64,000 nt of DNA from the NCBI RefSeq assembly GCF_963921235.1, contig NC_086108.1:79796001-79860000 (forward strand), in the 5' to 3' direction. The DNA comes from Mobula hypostoma (taxonomy: Eukaryota). Numbering within the stretch: position 1 is the stretch's first letter; every line of letters begins with the position of its first letter. The position numbers were made by a program, and so were the translations under genes. Of this stretch, positions 34,891-47,710 are shown in pieces. Below the pieces are notes generated by a model that was given only the letters and a program-made list of their open reading frames with translations, did no database searches and was not told the origin of the DNA.

Positions 34891-37027
34891 AGAGAAGAAG
34901 TCATCACCCTGACACAGTGGAGTCCAGAAAACAACCTCTCCCTCAAAGCCTCAAAAACAAAGGAGCTGGTTATGGGCTACAGGAGGAATGGAGACAGGCT
35001 AATGCCTATAGACATCAATGGACCTGGGGTTGAGAGGGTGAACAGCTTTAAGTTCCTCGGCATAAACATCACCGAGGATCTTACCTGGTCTGTACGTACT
35101 GGCTGTCTGGTGAAAAAAGCATAACAGTGTCTCTTTCACCTCAGACGGTTGAAGAAGTTTGGTATGGGTCCCAAATCCTAAGAACTTTCTATAGGAACAC
35201 AATTAAGAGCATCCTGACTGGCTGCATCACTGCCTGGTATGGGAAATGTACCTCCCTTATTCGCAGACCTCTGCAGAGAGTTGTGCAGACAGCCCAACAC
35301 ATCTGTAGATGTGAACTTCCCACTATTCAGGACATTTACAAAGACAGGGCCTGAAGGATCATTGAGGACCCGAGTCATCCCAACCACAAACTGTTCCAGC
35401 TGCTACCGTCCAGGAAATGGTACCACAGGACCACCAGGCTCCGGGACAGCTTCTTCCACCAGACCATCAGACTGCTTAATTCATGCTGATACAACTGTGT
35501 TATATTGTTATATGTTATATTGACTACCCTGTTGTACATAATATTTATTATAAATGACCACAAATTGAACATTGCACATTCAGACAGAGATGTAACGTAA
35601 AGCTATTTACTCGTCATGTATGGAAAATTGTTGGAATCGATAGTTACGGTTGAGATTATGGAGTACCTGGAGGCACATGACAAGATCGACCAAAGCCAGC
35701 ATGGTTTCCTGAAAGGAAAATCCTGCCTGACTAACCTGCTGCAATTTTTTGAGGATATTACAAGCAAGGTAGACAAAGGAGATGCAATGGATGTGGTGTA
35801 CTTGGATTTTCAGAAGGCCTTTGACAAGGTGCCCCACAGGAGGCTGCTTAGCAAGATAAGAGCCCATGGAATTACAGGAAGGTTACTAGCGTGGGTGGAG
35901 CATTGGTTGAGCAGCAGAAAACAGAGAGTGGGAATAAAGGGATCCTATTCTAGCTGGCTGCCGGTTACAAGTGGAGTTCCACAGGGGTCGGTGTTGGGAC
36001 CACTGCTTTTTACGGTGTATGTCAATGATTTGGACTATGGGATTAATGGATTTGTGGCTAAATTTGCCGATGATTCAGAGATAGGTGGAGGGACAGGTAG
36101 TATTGAGGAAACAGAGAGCCTGCAGGGAGGCTTAGGGGAATAGGCAAAGAAGTGACAAATGAAATACAATGTTGGAAAGTGTATGGTCATGCACTTGGTG
36201 GAAGAAATAAATGGGCAGAGTATTGTTTAGATGGAGAGAGAATGCAGAACACAAAGATGCAAAAGGACTTGGGAGACCTTGTGCAGGATACCCTAAAGTT
36301 TAACCTCTAGGTTGAGTCGGTTTTGAAGAAGGCGAATGCAATGTTGGCATTCATTTCTAGAGGCATAGAATATAAGAGCAGAGATATGATGTTGAGGCTC
36401 TATAAGGCACTCGTGAGACCACACTTGGAGTATTGTGTGCAGTTTTAGGCTCCTTATTTTAGAAAGGATATACTGAAATTGGAGAGGGTTCAGAGAAGAT
36501 TCACGAGAATGATTCCAGGAATGAAAGGATTACCATATGAGGAATGTAGCAGCTCTTGGGCTGTATTCCCTTGAGCTCAGGAGAATGAGGGGGATCTGAT
36601 AGAAACATTCCAAATGTTAAAAGGCTTTAACAGATTAGATATGACAAAGTTATTTCCCATGGTAGGGGTGTTTAGGACAAGAGGGCACAACTTCAGGACT
36701 GGAGGATGTCCATTTAGAACAGAGATGCGGAGAAATTACTTTAGTCAGAGGGTGGTAAATCTGTGGAATTTGTTGCCATGAGCAGCTGTGGAGGCCAAGT
36801 CATTGGGTGCATTTAAGGCAGAGATACATTGTAGATTGGTTCTTGATTAGCTAGGGCATCAAAGGCTATGGGGAGAAGGCAGGAGAGTTGTGATGACTGG
36901 AAGAATTGGATCAGGCATGACTGAATGGCAGAGCAGACTTGAAGGGGCGAATGGTTACATTTGCTACTATATCTTATGGTCTTATATGAAGGATGTAAGT
37001 AATAAAGTCAATTCAATTTAATTCAAT
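34891..37027 (+). mobile_element. Rex1-like LINE 3' part; tail (aataaagtcaattcaatt) displaced to 36985-37027 by a CR1 insertion
   Basis: KTKELV, SFKFLGINITEDLTW and SILTGCITAWYG motifs at 34940-35480. Confidence 0.82.
35620..36984 (+). mobile_element. 5'-truncated CR1 LINE
   Basis: ORF 35616-36143 (SQHGFLKGKSCLTNL, DFQKAFDKV, SGVPQGSVLGP, FADD); tail tcttatggtcttat. Confidence 0.95.
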
Positions 37028-37126
37028 ATCTGTTGAAATCAAACCCACATCCACTACTTCCACTAGCACTTCGTTCCACACTCTCACCACCCTCTGAGCA
37101 AATAGTAAGTTCCCCCTCATATTTCC

Positions 37127-37321
37127 TGTAGTGGCATCAGCACCGGACTTCGACGCAAGTGGTCCCAAGTTTGAATCTGACTGGCTCCTTGCATGCTTTT
37201 CTTCCATGCTGGGTTGAGCATCGAGCTACTTTATGAGAACTTGGCCTCATAAAAAGCAATCAAATGCTATGGAAATGGCGAAAAAGCTGCCTGATGCACC
37301 ACAAAGCATGAAAAGGAACAG
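37127..37321 (+). mobile_element. tRNA-derived SINE (same family as 31030-31240)
   Basis: tgtagtggcatcagcaccggacttcg...gtttgaatc; TSD catatt(t/c)cc at 37118-37126 and 37322-37330. Confidence 0.8.
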
Positions 37322-37685
37322 CATATTCCCTTAAATATTTCACCTTTCACCCTTAAGCCATGACCTCTAGTTCTAGTCTCATCCAACTGCAGCAGAAAAA
37401 GCCTGCTTACATTCATTCATCAAAAACCATCATAATTTTCTATACTTCTATCTAATCTACCTCATTCTACACTCTAGTTTCCTAACTTATTCAACCTTTC
37501 CATATAACTCAGGTCTTTAAGTCCCAGCAACAACCTTGTAAATTCTTTCTGCACTCTTTCAATGTTATTTATATCTTTTTCTGTTGGTAAGTGACTATTA
37601 ACTACACACAATAAATATTACAATTAGGAAAGAATGCAAATGTTAATGTACATGACCTCAAATAAGCAAATAAATAATGGATTAT

Positions 37686-37830
37686 AAACACAAGAAAGTC
37701 TGCAGAGCAACACACACAAAATGCAGGCGGAGCTCTGTGGGGCAGGCAGAATCTATGGAGATGAATAAACAGTCAACATTTGGGGCCAAGAAGCTTTTTC
37801 AGGACTGAAACGGAAGGGGAAAATGCCAGA
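37686..37830 (-). mobile_element. Penelope-like pLTR fragment
   Basis: aaacacaagaaagtctgcagagcaacacacacaaaatgc...cagtcaacatttggggccaagaagctttttcaggactga. Confidence 0.75.
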
Positions 37831-37926
37831 ATAATGAATTTATTTCTAATCATACCTACCTTGAAGCTGCGATTAATAGCGCACAACATTATAAGTTAAA
37901 CGTCCAAATGACCACCATCTGCATTT

Positions 37927-37953
37927 CCAGCATCTGCAGATTTTCTCGTGTTT
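37927..37953 (+). mobile_element. 27-bp Penelope 3'-tail-only insertion
   Basis: ccagcatctgcagattttctcgtgttt matches the tail at 12364-12390; flanked by perfect 13-bp TSD accatctgcattt (37914-37926, 37954-37966). Confidence 0.85.
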
Positions 37954-40127
37954 ACCATCTGCATTTGCAAATTGTTTTAAAGTTACCCTAATTCATCCAG
38001 TGAGACACTGTATGGTACAATGTCTGGTGTAGTATTGTGCCTTCTAGGACAGAAGCCAAGTTTCACCTCTTGTTTGTGCTGTTAGGTGAGTTCAATTTAG
38101 GAATTTCTGAACAGTAATGACATCACTGGGGAGATACGGTATCTTGGAGAACCAACTCAGCCAAGTGGTGTGGGGCAGTTGAATTAGCACAAAGATTTAA
38201 AGTGACAAGATCAGTGAACACCTCTATATTAATGAATATATTACTTCTGACATTAATTCAGCTTACACACACCATTGCTCTCAGTAATGTCTTCTGGCAA
38301 CCTTTTCCTTATGATGTCATTGACATACCATACATTTAAAAAAATGTGAAAAACTAAATCAAAGTCATAAAAAAGGTAGGTTGTTTTTTAAATGGTGAAT
38401 ATTTGGGTGAACCTAGGATGGCAAAAATGTTTTAAATATTTTCGGGTTTTTTTAGATTAATAATGATATCTTAAATTTTCGATTAGCATTCTGCGATTTC
38501 TCTTGAGTATAATTAACTGTCCAATACTGTCATGGATTCCAGCTGTCAGAAAAAATATTTTCTCAGTGCAGAATGTTGGCAACAGCCCCAACAAATTCAC
38601 TGGCTTTAGCAGACTAAATAAACACAGCTGCATCCCAGAGCATGTGAGGAGAAAGTAAGGCTTGTGTTCTGGGAAAGATGCTGGGAATGACAAGCCTGCT
38701 TCAAGCCATAATGCTGCTTGCTCGTGCATCCGACGTGCTAGTGCTGGCTGCACAGACAGACATGACCATTAACATTTTTGAACTCAGTGGTTCTGCCTTT
38801 GCCAGGACAGGAGCTAGAGGGGAGGAGGTAGGGTAGAAGGGGTGGAGCTTTATGGGTCAGGTCAAGCCTAAGGAATGTTTCCACTGAGGATATAAGTTTC
38901 CTTTTCAATTAACACCATCCAAGCATATTTTTCAGTCATGTTTTTTAATATATGTAGACTAACATTCACACGTACACTGAAACATTCTTCCACATTCTTC
39001 TTTGCTATTATACTGCATTAAAAATATATTTTAGTTGTCAATAAACTCCTGGATAAGACTACATAATCTGTTCTACACATGAAACACATCTGTGTGGAAC
39101 ATTGCTTCTGAAATTTGGTTCAAGTCAAAGTCAGTGCAACTGAATTTCAAATGATGAATTCAATTTGAATATATCATTACAATGAATATTTAACATATGA
39201 GAAAGAGCTTGAATTGATTTTACCTTCTTTTGTCTTATAATTCCCTTTTTACCATTTTACTTGGTTCATCGATACTAAAAGCTGGCCTAAGTATTTGAAG
39301 AATACTAGAAGTAGCATTTACTGTAAGTAATGCAACGTGACAGTGTGTCAGCTTGCTTATGCTGATCTCATCTCTCAGTTCAAAGGCTATAGATTCTGAC
39401 CCACTGTGCAACTCAAGGTGATAATCCTTCATACCCAATCCCCCCAGCCCGCCGTAGCCAACAATCAAAATCCTTGACAAGACCGCTGGAAAATGTGCAT
39501 CACATTCCGCATCTTAGGAGGCTCCTCTCTGTGACAGAATCCTCCACTGCCTCCGGCATGCAGCATAGCCTCAAGCCAGCTGAAAAAAGGGTTGGTCAAA
39601 GACTGGGACAACAAACCTGGAACTGAGCTGATTGTCAACAGGACAGTGATAACTCCACTTCCTTGCATGCTTCAGGGACATGAACAATCAACATCAGACA
39701 CATGAAAGCACTGGAGAACCGATGGCAAGGCTATTTTTGCAGAAACTTCCAAATCCATTGGCAGGCAGGATATGAGAACCATTATTAGCAGCCTCTCCCA
39801 GTCAAATCCCCAGCATTTTGACTGTCTTCATACTCAGCCAACCAGTCACCCCGTTCCCAAAACAAGGTCTCTGATCTAAGCTCTATTAAGGCAAGGGATT
39901 TCCAGAAGGAAAGGGAAAACATTTCAAGGACATACACAAAATTTCCTGGAAAAACTGTACGTCATGGGAATTTCTGGCTCAATAGCACCCAGGTTGGAGA
40001 AAGAGCACCCGAAACAGTGTAGCCTTTATCCTTCTATGATCAGAACATATTGAGGCCCAAAATCCTAAACAACACATCAATCTGCCCTGTCAATACCTCC
40101 TGCCCCATCCATGGCAGAGTTGCGTCT

Positions 40128-41972
40128 GATAAAAGCTTTTATAGATATGTAAAAAGGAAAAGACTGGTAAAGACAAATGTAGGTCCCCTACAGACAGAAA
40201 CAGGTGAATTGATTATGGGGAGCAAGGACATGGCAGACCAATTGAATAATTACTTTGGTTCTGTCTTCACTAAGGAGGACATAAATAATCTTCCAGAAAT
40301 AGTGAGGGACAGAGGGTCCAGTGAGATGGAGGAACTGAGCGAAATACATGTTAGTAGGGAAGTGGTGTTAGGTAAATTGAAGGGATTGAAGGCAGATAAA
40401 TCCCCAGGGCCAGATGGTCTGCATCCTAGTGTGCTTAAGGAGGTAGCCCAAGAAATAGTGGATGCATTACTGATAATTTTTAAAAACTCGTTAGATTCTG
40501 GACTAGTTCCTGAGGATTGGAGGGTGGCTAATGTAACCCCACTTTTTAAAAAAGGAGGGAGAGAGAAACCGGGGAATTATAGGCCGGTTAGCCTAACGTC
40601 GGTGGTGGGGAAACTGCTGGAGTCAGTTATCAAGGATGTGATAACAGCACATTTGGAAAGCGGTGAAATGATCGGACAAAGTCAGCATGGATTTGTGAAA
40701 GGAAAATCATGTCTGACGAATCTCATAGAATTTTTTGAGGATGTAACTAGTAGAGTGGATAGGGGAGAACCAGTGGATGTGGTATATTTGGATTTTCAAA
40801 AGGCTTTTGACAAGGTCCCACACAGGAGATTAGTGTGCAAACTTAAAGCACACGGTATTGGGGGTAAGGTATTGGTGTGGGTGGAGAATTGGTTAGCAGA
40901 CAGGAAGCAAAGAGTGGGAATAAACGGGATCTTTTCAGAATGGCAGGCGGTGACTAGTGGGGTACCGCAAGGCTCAGTGCTGGGACCCCAGTTGTTTACA
41001 ATATATATTAATGACTTGGATGAGGGAATTAAATGCAGCATCTCCAAGTTTGTGGATGACACGAAGCTGGGTGGCAGTGTTAGCAGTGAGGAGGATGCTA
41101 AGAGGATGCAGGGTGACTTGGATAGGCTGGGTGAGTGGGCAAACTCATGGCAGATGCAATTTAATGTGGATAAATGTGAAGTTATCCACTTTGGTAGCAA
41201 AAATAGGAAAACAGATTATTATCTGAATGGTGGCCGATTAGGAAAAGGGGAGGTGCAACGAGACCTGGGTGTCATTATACACCAGTCATTGAAAGTGGGC
41301 ATGCAGGTACAGCAGGCGGTGAAAAAGGCGAACGGTATGCTGGCATTTATAGCGAGAGCATTCGAGTACAGGAGCAGGGAGGTACTACTGCAGTTGTACA
41401 AGGCCTTGGTGAGACCACACCTGGAGTATTGTGTGCAGTTTTGGTCCCCTAATCTGAGGAAAGACATCTTTGCCATAGAGGAAGTACAAAGAAGGTTCAC
41501 CAGATTGATTCCTGGGATGGCAGGTCTTTCATATGAAGAAAGACTGGATGAACTGGGCTTGTACTCGTTGGAATTTAGAAGATTGAGGGGGGATCTGATT
41601 GAAACGTATAAGATCCTAAAGGGATTGGACAGGCTAGATGCGGGAAGATTGTTCCCGATGTTTGGGAGGTCCAGAACGAGGGGTCACAGTTTGAGGATAG
41701 AGGGGAAGCCTTTTAGGACCGAGATTAGGAAAAACTTCTTCACACAGAGAGTGGTGAATCTGTGGAATTCTCTGCCACAGCAAACTGTTGAGGCCAGTTC
41801 ATTGGCTATGTTTAAGAGGGAGTTAGATATGGCCCTTGTGGCTACAGGGGTCAGGGGGTATGGAGGGAAGGCTGGGTTCTGAGTTGGATGATCAGCCATG
41901 ATCATAATAAATGGCAGTGCAGGCTCGAAGGGCCGAATGGCCTACTCCTGCACCTATTTTCTATGTTTCTAT
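40128..41972 (+). mobile_element. Young 5'-truncated CR1 LINE with uninterrupted RT frame
   Basis: ORF 40050-41882 is CR1 ORF2 from DKSFYRYVK onward: KSPGPDG, NYRPVSLTS, QHGF, DFQKAFDKV, GVPQGSVLGP, FVDD; (tttctatg)n tail. Confidence 0.97.
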
Positions 41973-42049
41973 GATATCTAGGCTTCATCAGCCACATCAC
42001 ACCCACGTAATCTGAAGAACAAAAGCAAAATAGCCTCTACCCTAAGGAG

Positions 42050-42262
42050 CTGGTTATGAAGGAGAAGAAGTCTTCAGATGACGTTAAGCTGAGGGCCTTC
42101 CCATTTCGGTTTCTGTCTAAGATCACATTTGATAAGAAATCCAGGGTTTGGCCAACAATTGTTCTCATTTGACACCAGCAAAACAGATATGAGGTATTTG
42201 TTGAGCACATATTGGCTGCCATGATTTCCTACATTATAGCAGTGATGGCATTTCAGCAAGTG
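42050..42262 (+). mobile_element. Ancient Deu-domain SINE remnant
   Basis: cagatgacgttaagctgagg...tggccaacaattg...attggctgccatgatttcctacattatagcagtga. Confidence 0.5.
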
Positions 42263-43040
42263 GGATCACATTTGACCTGGCCTGCCCCTTGCATTTGCCC
42301 CCTCATGAAATCCCAGCAGCCCCACAAACTATCGTGACCTGCAGGCCTACGCAACCCCAAAGTCTCACTGCCATAGCTGTACCATGGTATGGAGCAGTCT
42401 GTAAGTGCTGAGTAGACCTCTGAAAATCAGAGGCATTCAGAAACAGCTGATATTGATTTAAACAATTTAAAATAAAGTTTGTTGTTGCCTGGGGATTTTT
42501 CTGACATTATCGTGGACTTATATTTAAATTCAACCTTGATGACCAAAGTTAACAAAGCTAAAACTGTGCTCATTTCTATTAAAAGGGGTCAAAGAGGGTA
42601 CCCTGTGCATTTTGAACCTTCACAATGCAAGGTGGGGACATGAAGAGCAATAATTCTCTTCCAAATTGATGCTAAGTACATCTCAATCCATAAAATATAC
42701 AAAAAAAGGTGCAAAATTAAAGCAAAAATCTTATCCTGATAGTTTTTGTATATACCCACTAAAGCAGCTTTTGCTTTTAATCTTGATGTTAATACTTTTG
42801 CGAAGAAGGGCTAGAAAAGTCTGACAAAAATTCATAGCTGACCAATAAATGTGATGTAGTAAATGGAATCTTTAGTTGAGTGAGTGGAACATTGTAGAAC
42901 CTGAACAGGTTGTTAAAGAAAGTTTGCAGATCCACAAGTCAGCATCCTTCTCTATTCTCACTGCCTTCTACATTAGCCTGTTCCTTTAATGCAACATGGA
43001 CATCTGCCTGAAACAGTGAAGCCCTTTTGCTAAATACGTA

Positions 43041-44340
43041 CAGTGCCTATAAAATGTATTAACCACCCCTCCCAGAAGTTTTCATGTTTTATTGTTTTAC
43101 AACATTGAATCACAGTGGATTTAACTTGGCTTTTTTGACACTGATCAACAGAAAAAGACTCTTTCTTGTCAAAGTGAAGCAGGTCTCTACAAAGTGATCT
43201 AAATTAATTACAAATATAAAACACAAAATACTTGATTGTATAAGTATTAACTCCCTAAAAGTCAGTATTTAGTCGATGCACCTCTGGTAGCAATTACAGC
43301 CTTGAGTCTGTGTGGATAGGTCTCTTTTAGCATTGCACATCTGGACACTGCAGTTTTTCCCCATTCTTCTTTATGAAACTACTGAAGCTCTGTCAGATTG
43401 CATGGGGATCTGAGTGAACAGGCTTTTTCAAGTCCAGCCACAAATTCTAAATTGGATTGTGGTCTGGACTCTGACTTGGCCACTCCAGAGACCCTGACTT
43501 GGCCACTCCAGGAAATTTGTTGTTTTTAAGCCACTCCTGTGTAGCTTTATGTTTGGGGTCATTGTTTTACTGGAAAACAAATCTTCTTCCAAGTCGCCCT
43601 TCTCTTGCAGATTACATTAGGTTTTCCTCCAGGATTTCCCTGTATTTTGTTGCATTCATTTTACCCACTACCTTCACGAGCCTTCCAGAGCCTGCTGCAG
43701 TGAAGTATCCCCACTGCATGACGCAGCCACCACCATGCTTCATGGTAAGGATGGTGTGTTTTTGACAATGTGTGGTGTTAAACATACTGCTTAGTCTGAT
43801 GGCCAAAAAGCTCAGTTTTGGTTCATCAGACTATACAAACTTCCAGCTGACTTGAAAACCTCCCACATGCCTTCTGGCAAACTCTAGCTGAGATTTCATG
43901 TGACTTTTTTTCTCTTTGCCACTCTCCCATGATGCTGCGACTGGAGAAGCACCTGGGCAACAGTTGTTGTATGTGCGGTCTCTCCCATCATGTAACTCCC
44001 TCACAGTTGTCACAGGTCTTTTGATGGCCTCACACACTAGTCCCCTTCTTTCAAGGTCACTCCAGGCAAATTTACAGCTGTGCCATATTCTTTCCATTTC
44101 TTGATGATTTGCTTAACTGTACTCCAAAGAATATTCAGTGACTTGGAAATTTTCTTGTATCCATCTCCTGACTTGTACTTTTCAATAACCTTTTCACAAA
44201 GTTGTTTGGAGTGTTCTTTTGTCTTCATGGTATAGCTTTTGCTGGGATACTGACTCACCAGCAGTTGGAGCTTTCAGGTACAGATGTAATTGTACTACAA
44301 TCATTTAAAACACCTTGACAGCACACAGGTGATCTTCACA
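43041..44340 (-). mobile_element. Second Tc1-family transposon, decayed, one terminus missing
   Basis: TA|cagtgcctataaaa terminus; ORFs MKTKEHSKQLCEKVIEKYKSGDGYKKISKSL and KHGGGCVMQWGYF...MNATKYREILEENL. Confidence 0.9.
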
Positions 44341-44775
44341 GACCCCTGAGGGAGCAGAGGCACCGTTGTGCTTTCTTTGCAATTACCTTTATATATTGAA
44401 TCCAGGACAGGTCCTCTGAGATAGTGACTCCCAGGAATTTAAAGTTACTAACCCTCTCCACCACTGATCCGCCAATGCGTACTGCCTCATGGACCTCTAG
44501 TTTCCCTCTCCTGAAGCCACAATCAGTTCCTTGGCCTTGTTGACATTGAGTGAGAGTTTGTTGTTAATGCACCACTCAGCCAAATTTTCAATCACCCCCT
44601 TGTATGCTGATTTCTCAGCACCTTTGATACAGCCCACGACAGTGGGGTCATCAGCAAACTTGCATATGGTGTTGGAGCTGTACATAGGCTTACAGTGAGT
44701 AAGCAGGGGGCTAATCCCTGTGGAGATTGTAGAGGAGATGTTTTTGCCAATCCAAACTGACTGGTGTCTACAAGT
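44341..44775 (-). mobile_element. Rex1-like RT fragment
   Basis: ORF 44497-44685 (KFADDPTVVG...LSLNVNKAKELIV). Confidence 0.82.
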
Positions 44776-44779
44776 AAGC

Positions 44780-45072
44780 TCAGCTTTATTGCTTTATTTG
44801 TTTCATGTACATAAAAGTGAAAAACGTTGTTTGCATCAACAACCAACACAGTCAAGTATTGTGCAGCCCGTAGGCACTACCGCACTTCAGGCACCCAAGT
44901 AGCATACCCACACGAACTCACTGATCCTAAACCTCTCTGTACATCTTTGGGATATGAGAGGTAACACTCGTGGTTACAGAGAGAACATACAAACAGCAGT
45001 GGGAATTGAACCCCGATCAGTGATTGTGGCGCTGTAAAGCAATTGCTCAACCTCTACACTACAGTGCTGCCC
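44780..45072 (-). mobile_element. V-domain/HE1-like SINE, partial
   Basis: gggaattgaacccc...ctctacactacagtgctgccc; same layout as 3633-3945. Confidence 0.65.
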
Positions 45073-45963
45073 TAAGTACAAAGATATAAAAGAATGGAGA
45101 TGCCTTTTCCTTCTCCTCAAGTGAAAGACCCATTAAAGAATCCTCATAGCAACTTATCTGTGAGCCTGTGATAATTCCCTTGGACTTAGATGGGAAATTC
45201 CTGTCCCCCAGCTCCACTTAGTGTCTCATCCCATTTCATTAAATGGGAAAATAGGGGCTGCATTGTATCTAAGCCTGACAAGAAAATTGACAGGGATCTG
45301 GAAAAGAATTAAATTGGTTGAATCCTTTAAGAAATTTAGGGCTTAAGTGTTGATGTTGTGCAAAACCACTTAGTTGTCAAGAATCAGACTGATCTATGAA
45401 TTCCAGCTGCTGCAATATTGCTCGAGACTCATTGCAGTCGCATAAAGAAGTTGTTTAGACAAGTTAAAAACCTTTATATTATGACCGAACTCGGGAAATA
45501 ATGAAGTACATAAAGCTTCCGGACAGCTCAAGACATTATAAAGAAATATTGTAGAAGTATCCAAGACCAGCTGATTCAGAAAATAGAACAATCCAAGTAC
45601 AGTTATGTATTTAACCAGGAGAAAGGTACATTTGCTAAGAAAGAGGCAATTGGGATTATTAATGTGCAGAATTGAAGAATGTTTCCAGGAAGAGAGAGGT
45701 AAACAAAAATGAGTCCTTCACTCCACCATATCTCCACCAACCATCAACACCTATCTACACTAAATGTATTTTATTGTAGTCCCCCCACATTCCGCTGAAC
45801 TCCCTCCTAGATTTGACCACACACCTATGCTAACCTACTAACCCATGTCTCATTTGACCTCTCTCATCTCATGACCTCTTCCCCGCCCCCACAGACACCC
45901 CTGATTCTCCTACCATATAGGGACAGCGTACATTGGCAAATTGTCCTACCAATCAGCACATAT

Positions 45964-46212
45964 GCCACAATGGCATAGCGGTTAGTGTGACGCTATGACA
46001 GCTTGGGGTGTCAAGAGTTCAGAGTTCAATTTTGACGCCATCTGTAAAAAGTCTGTATGTTCTTCCCGTGAGCGTATGCACTTCCTCCAAGAGCTCCAGT
46101 TTCCTCCTACAGTCCAACGATTAATAGGTCATTGTAAATTGTCCTGTGATTAGGCTAATGTTAAATAGTTAGGTTGCTGGGCGGTGTGGCTCATTGGGCT
46201 GGATCTCTAAAT
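45964..46212 (+). mobile_element. V-domain (HE1-like) SINE
   Basis: tggcatagcggttag; gagttcaatt; ctccagtttcctcctacagtcc. Confidence 0.8.
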
Positions 46213-47464
46213 AAAAAAATATAAAATCTTTGGCACGAAAACATACTTCTGAAAATATGTTTTGAATACCAAGTTACAGTAAAGGGCATTGATCCACTTG
46301 CAGTCAGTATCCAAGACGGTCAAGTCAGTCGTTTTTAAGGGAAAAAAGGGCTCATTGGGAATTTCCACCGCAACCTCAAACTGAAACCTCAGATCAACTA
46401 CATATGAGGGGCAGTCACCAGTTGTTTGCCAAAGTTCCAACGCCATTGAGAAGCCACCAATGCACCTCCTCCGCCAAAGGAACGAGTATGCTATGGGCCA
46501 AAAGGAAGCAACTCCATATGTAGAGATCAAAACCCAACAATATAAATTTAATGAACTATTTAGAAAGGGAGATTATTTTTTCACTAGGAAGCCAAAAATG
46601 CAGGTCCTGACTTGATAAACAATACTATCCTAACTTTTCCAAACACTTCAGTGAAGATTGCAGAAAATGCGGATAAGATTCTGTCTTGTGACGTTGAACC
46701 AGCATGAGTGGCCTCACCCCATGTACAAGTGGAGCCTGAGGAGAAACAGGAGGTAGTTGCCCCCTCCACTCTGAAATCTGTTAGTGGACTCCTCCGGGAT
46801 GTACAAAGCCAGGGAGTAAAATTTGAAATCCAATCCATCACTGCACAACTACTTCAGAAGCTCAAAAAATGGACCCATATATTCAGAACAAAATGACCAT
46901 ATATTAAAAATGCCTAATTGTGTTCTAGATATTCAAAAACATACACAATCCATTAAAAAGTAAAAAGCTAAAAAACAAAAAAAAGGTTAAAAGATTTTTC
47001 CGAACACTTTTAGACACCTTTAAACACTTCAGTTTAACAAGCCATTAGGGATTTAAAAGAACTTTTGGAAAGATTTGAAAGAGAATTTTTCAACTAATAA
47101 CACATCTGAAAGAGTTTTAAAGTTACAAGTTCTTACCTGAGGCTCTGATAGAAGTTCCCTTGCGCCTCCTTGGGCTTAGCGCTGAATTTCCCAGTGATTT
47201 GGTAATATGGACTTGTAGGGGAGTCAGCTCTTTCCCATGCTAAATTCCAGGAGGACTTCAATGCCAGAGAAATCTAACTAATGCCCATATATTGCTGTGT
47301 GGGAATTCTGGAATTTTGTGTTTGCATATGCAGGCACAGAAATCATGATTTGCCATCCACTTTATAGTTTCAATGTCATTACTCCAATAAAATCTGAAAC
47401 AATACCAGGGATTTCAATAAGCAATGTGAGAGAAATAGAGAGATGCACTTTATAAAAGTGAGTG

Positions 47465-47710
47465 TCATAGTAGCTATTACATCACCAGCAACCCAGGTTC
47501 AGTTCCACTGCTGTCTGTAAGAAGTTTGTACATGCTTACCATGACCAAGTGGGTTTCCTCCAGGTGCTCGGGTTTCCTCCCACAATCCAAAGATGTACAG
47601 GTTGGTAAATTAATTGGCCACATGAGTGTAACTGTGTGGCATGGGCTTTTTGGGCAGGAAGGGCCTGTTACCATGAACTACCTGTAAATAAAAATCTAAA
47701 TAAAATAAAA
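47465..47710 (+). mobile_element. V-domain (HE1-like) SINE
   Basis: ccaggttcagttcc; gggtttcctccaggtgctcgggtttcctcccacaatccaaagatgtac. Confidence 0.85.

Larger units (their letters stand above)
34755..37620 (-). mobile_element. CR1 3' part (34755-34890, 37028-37126, 37322-37620) split by nested inserts
   Basis: 3' UTR complement gagtcatagaatgctacagg; ORF2 C-terminal complement ttccacactctcaccaccctctgagc. Confidence 0.75.

Noticed and set aside
40050..40127. Novel N-terminus of the 610-aa ORF
   Set aside because: Flanking DNA that happens to be in frame from a TTG; CR1 homology begins only at DKSFYRY.
40796..41905. Antisense ORFs over CR1 copies (also 14605-14922, 51074-52657)
   Set aside because: Shadow ORFs of the RT reading frame.
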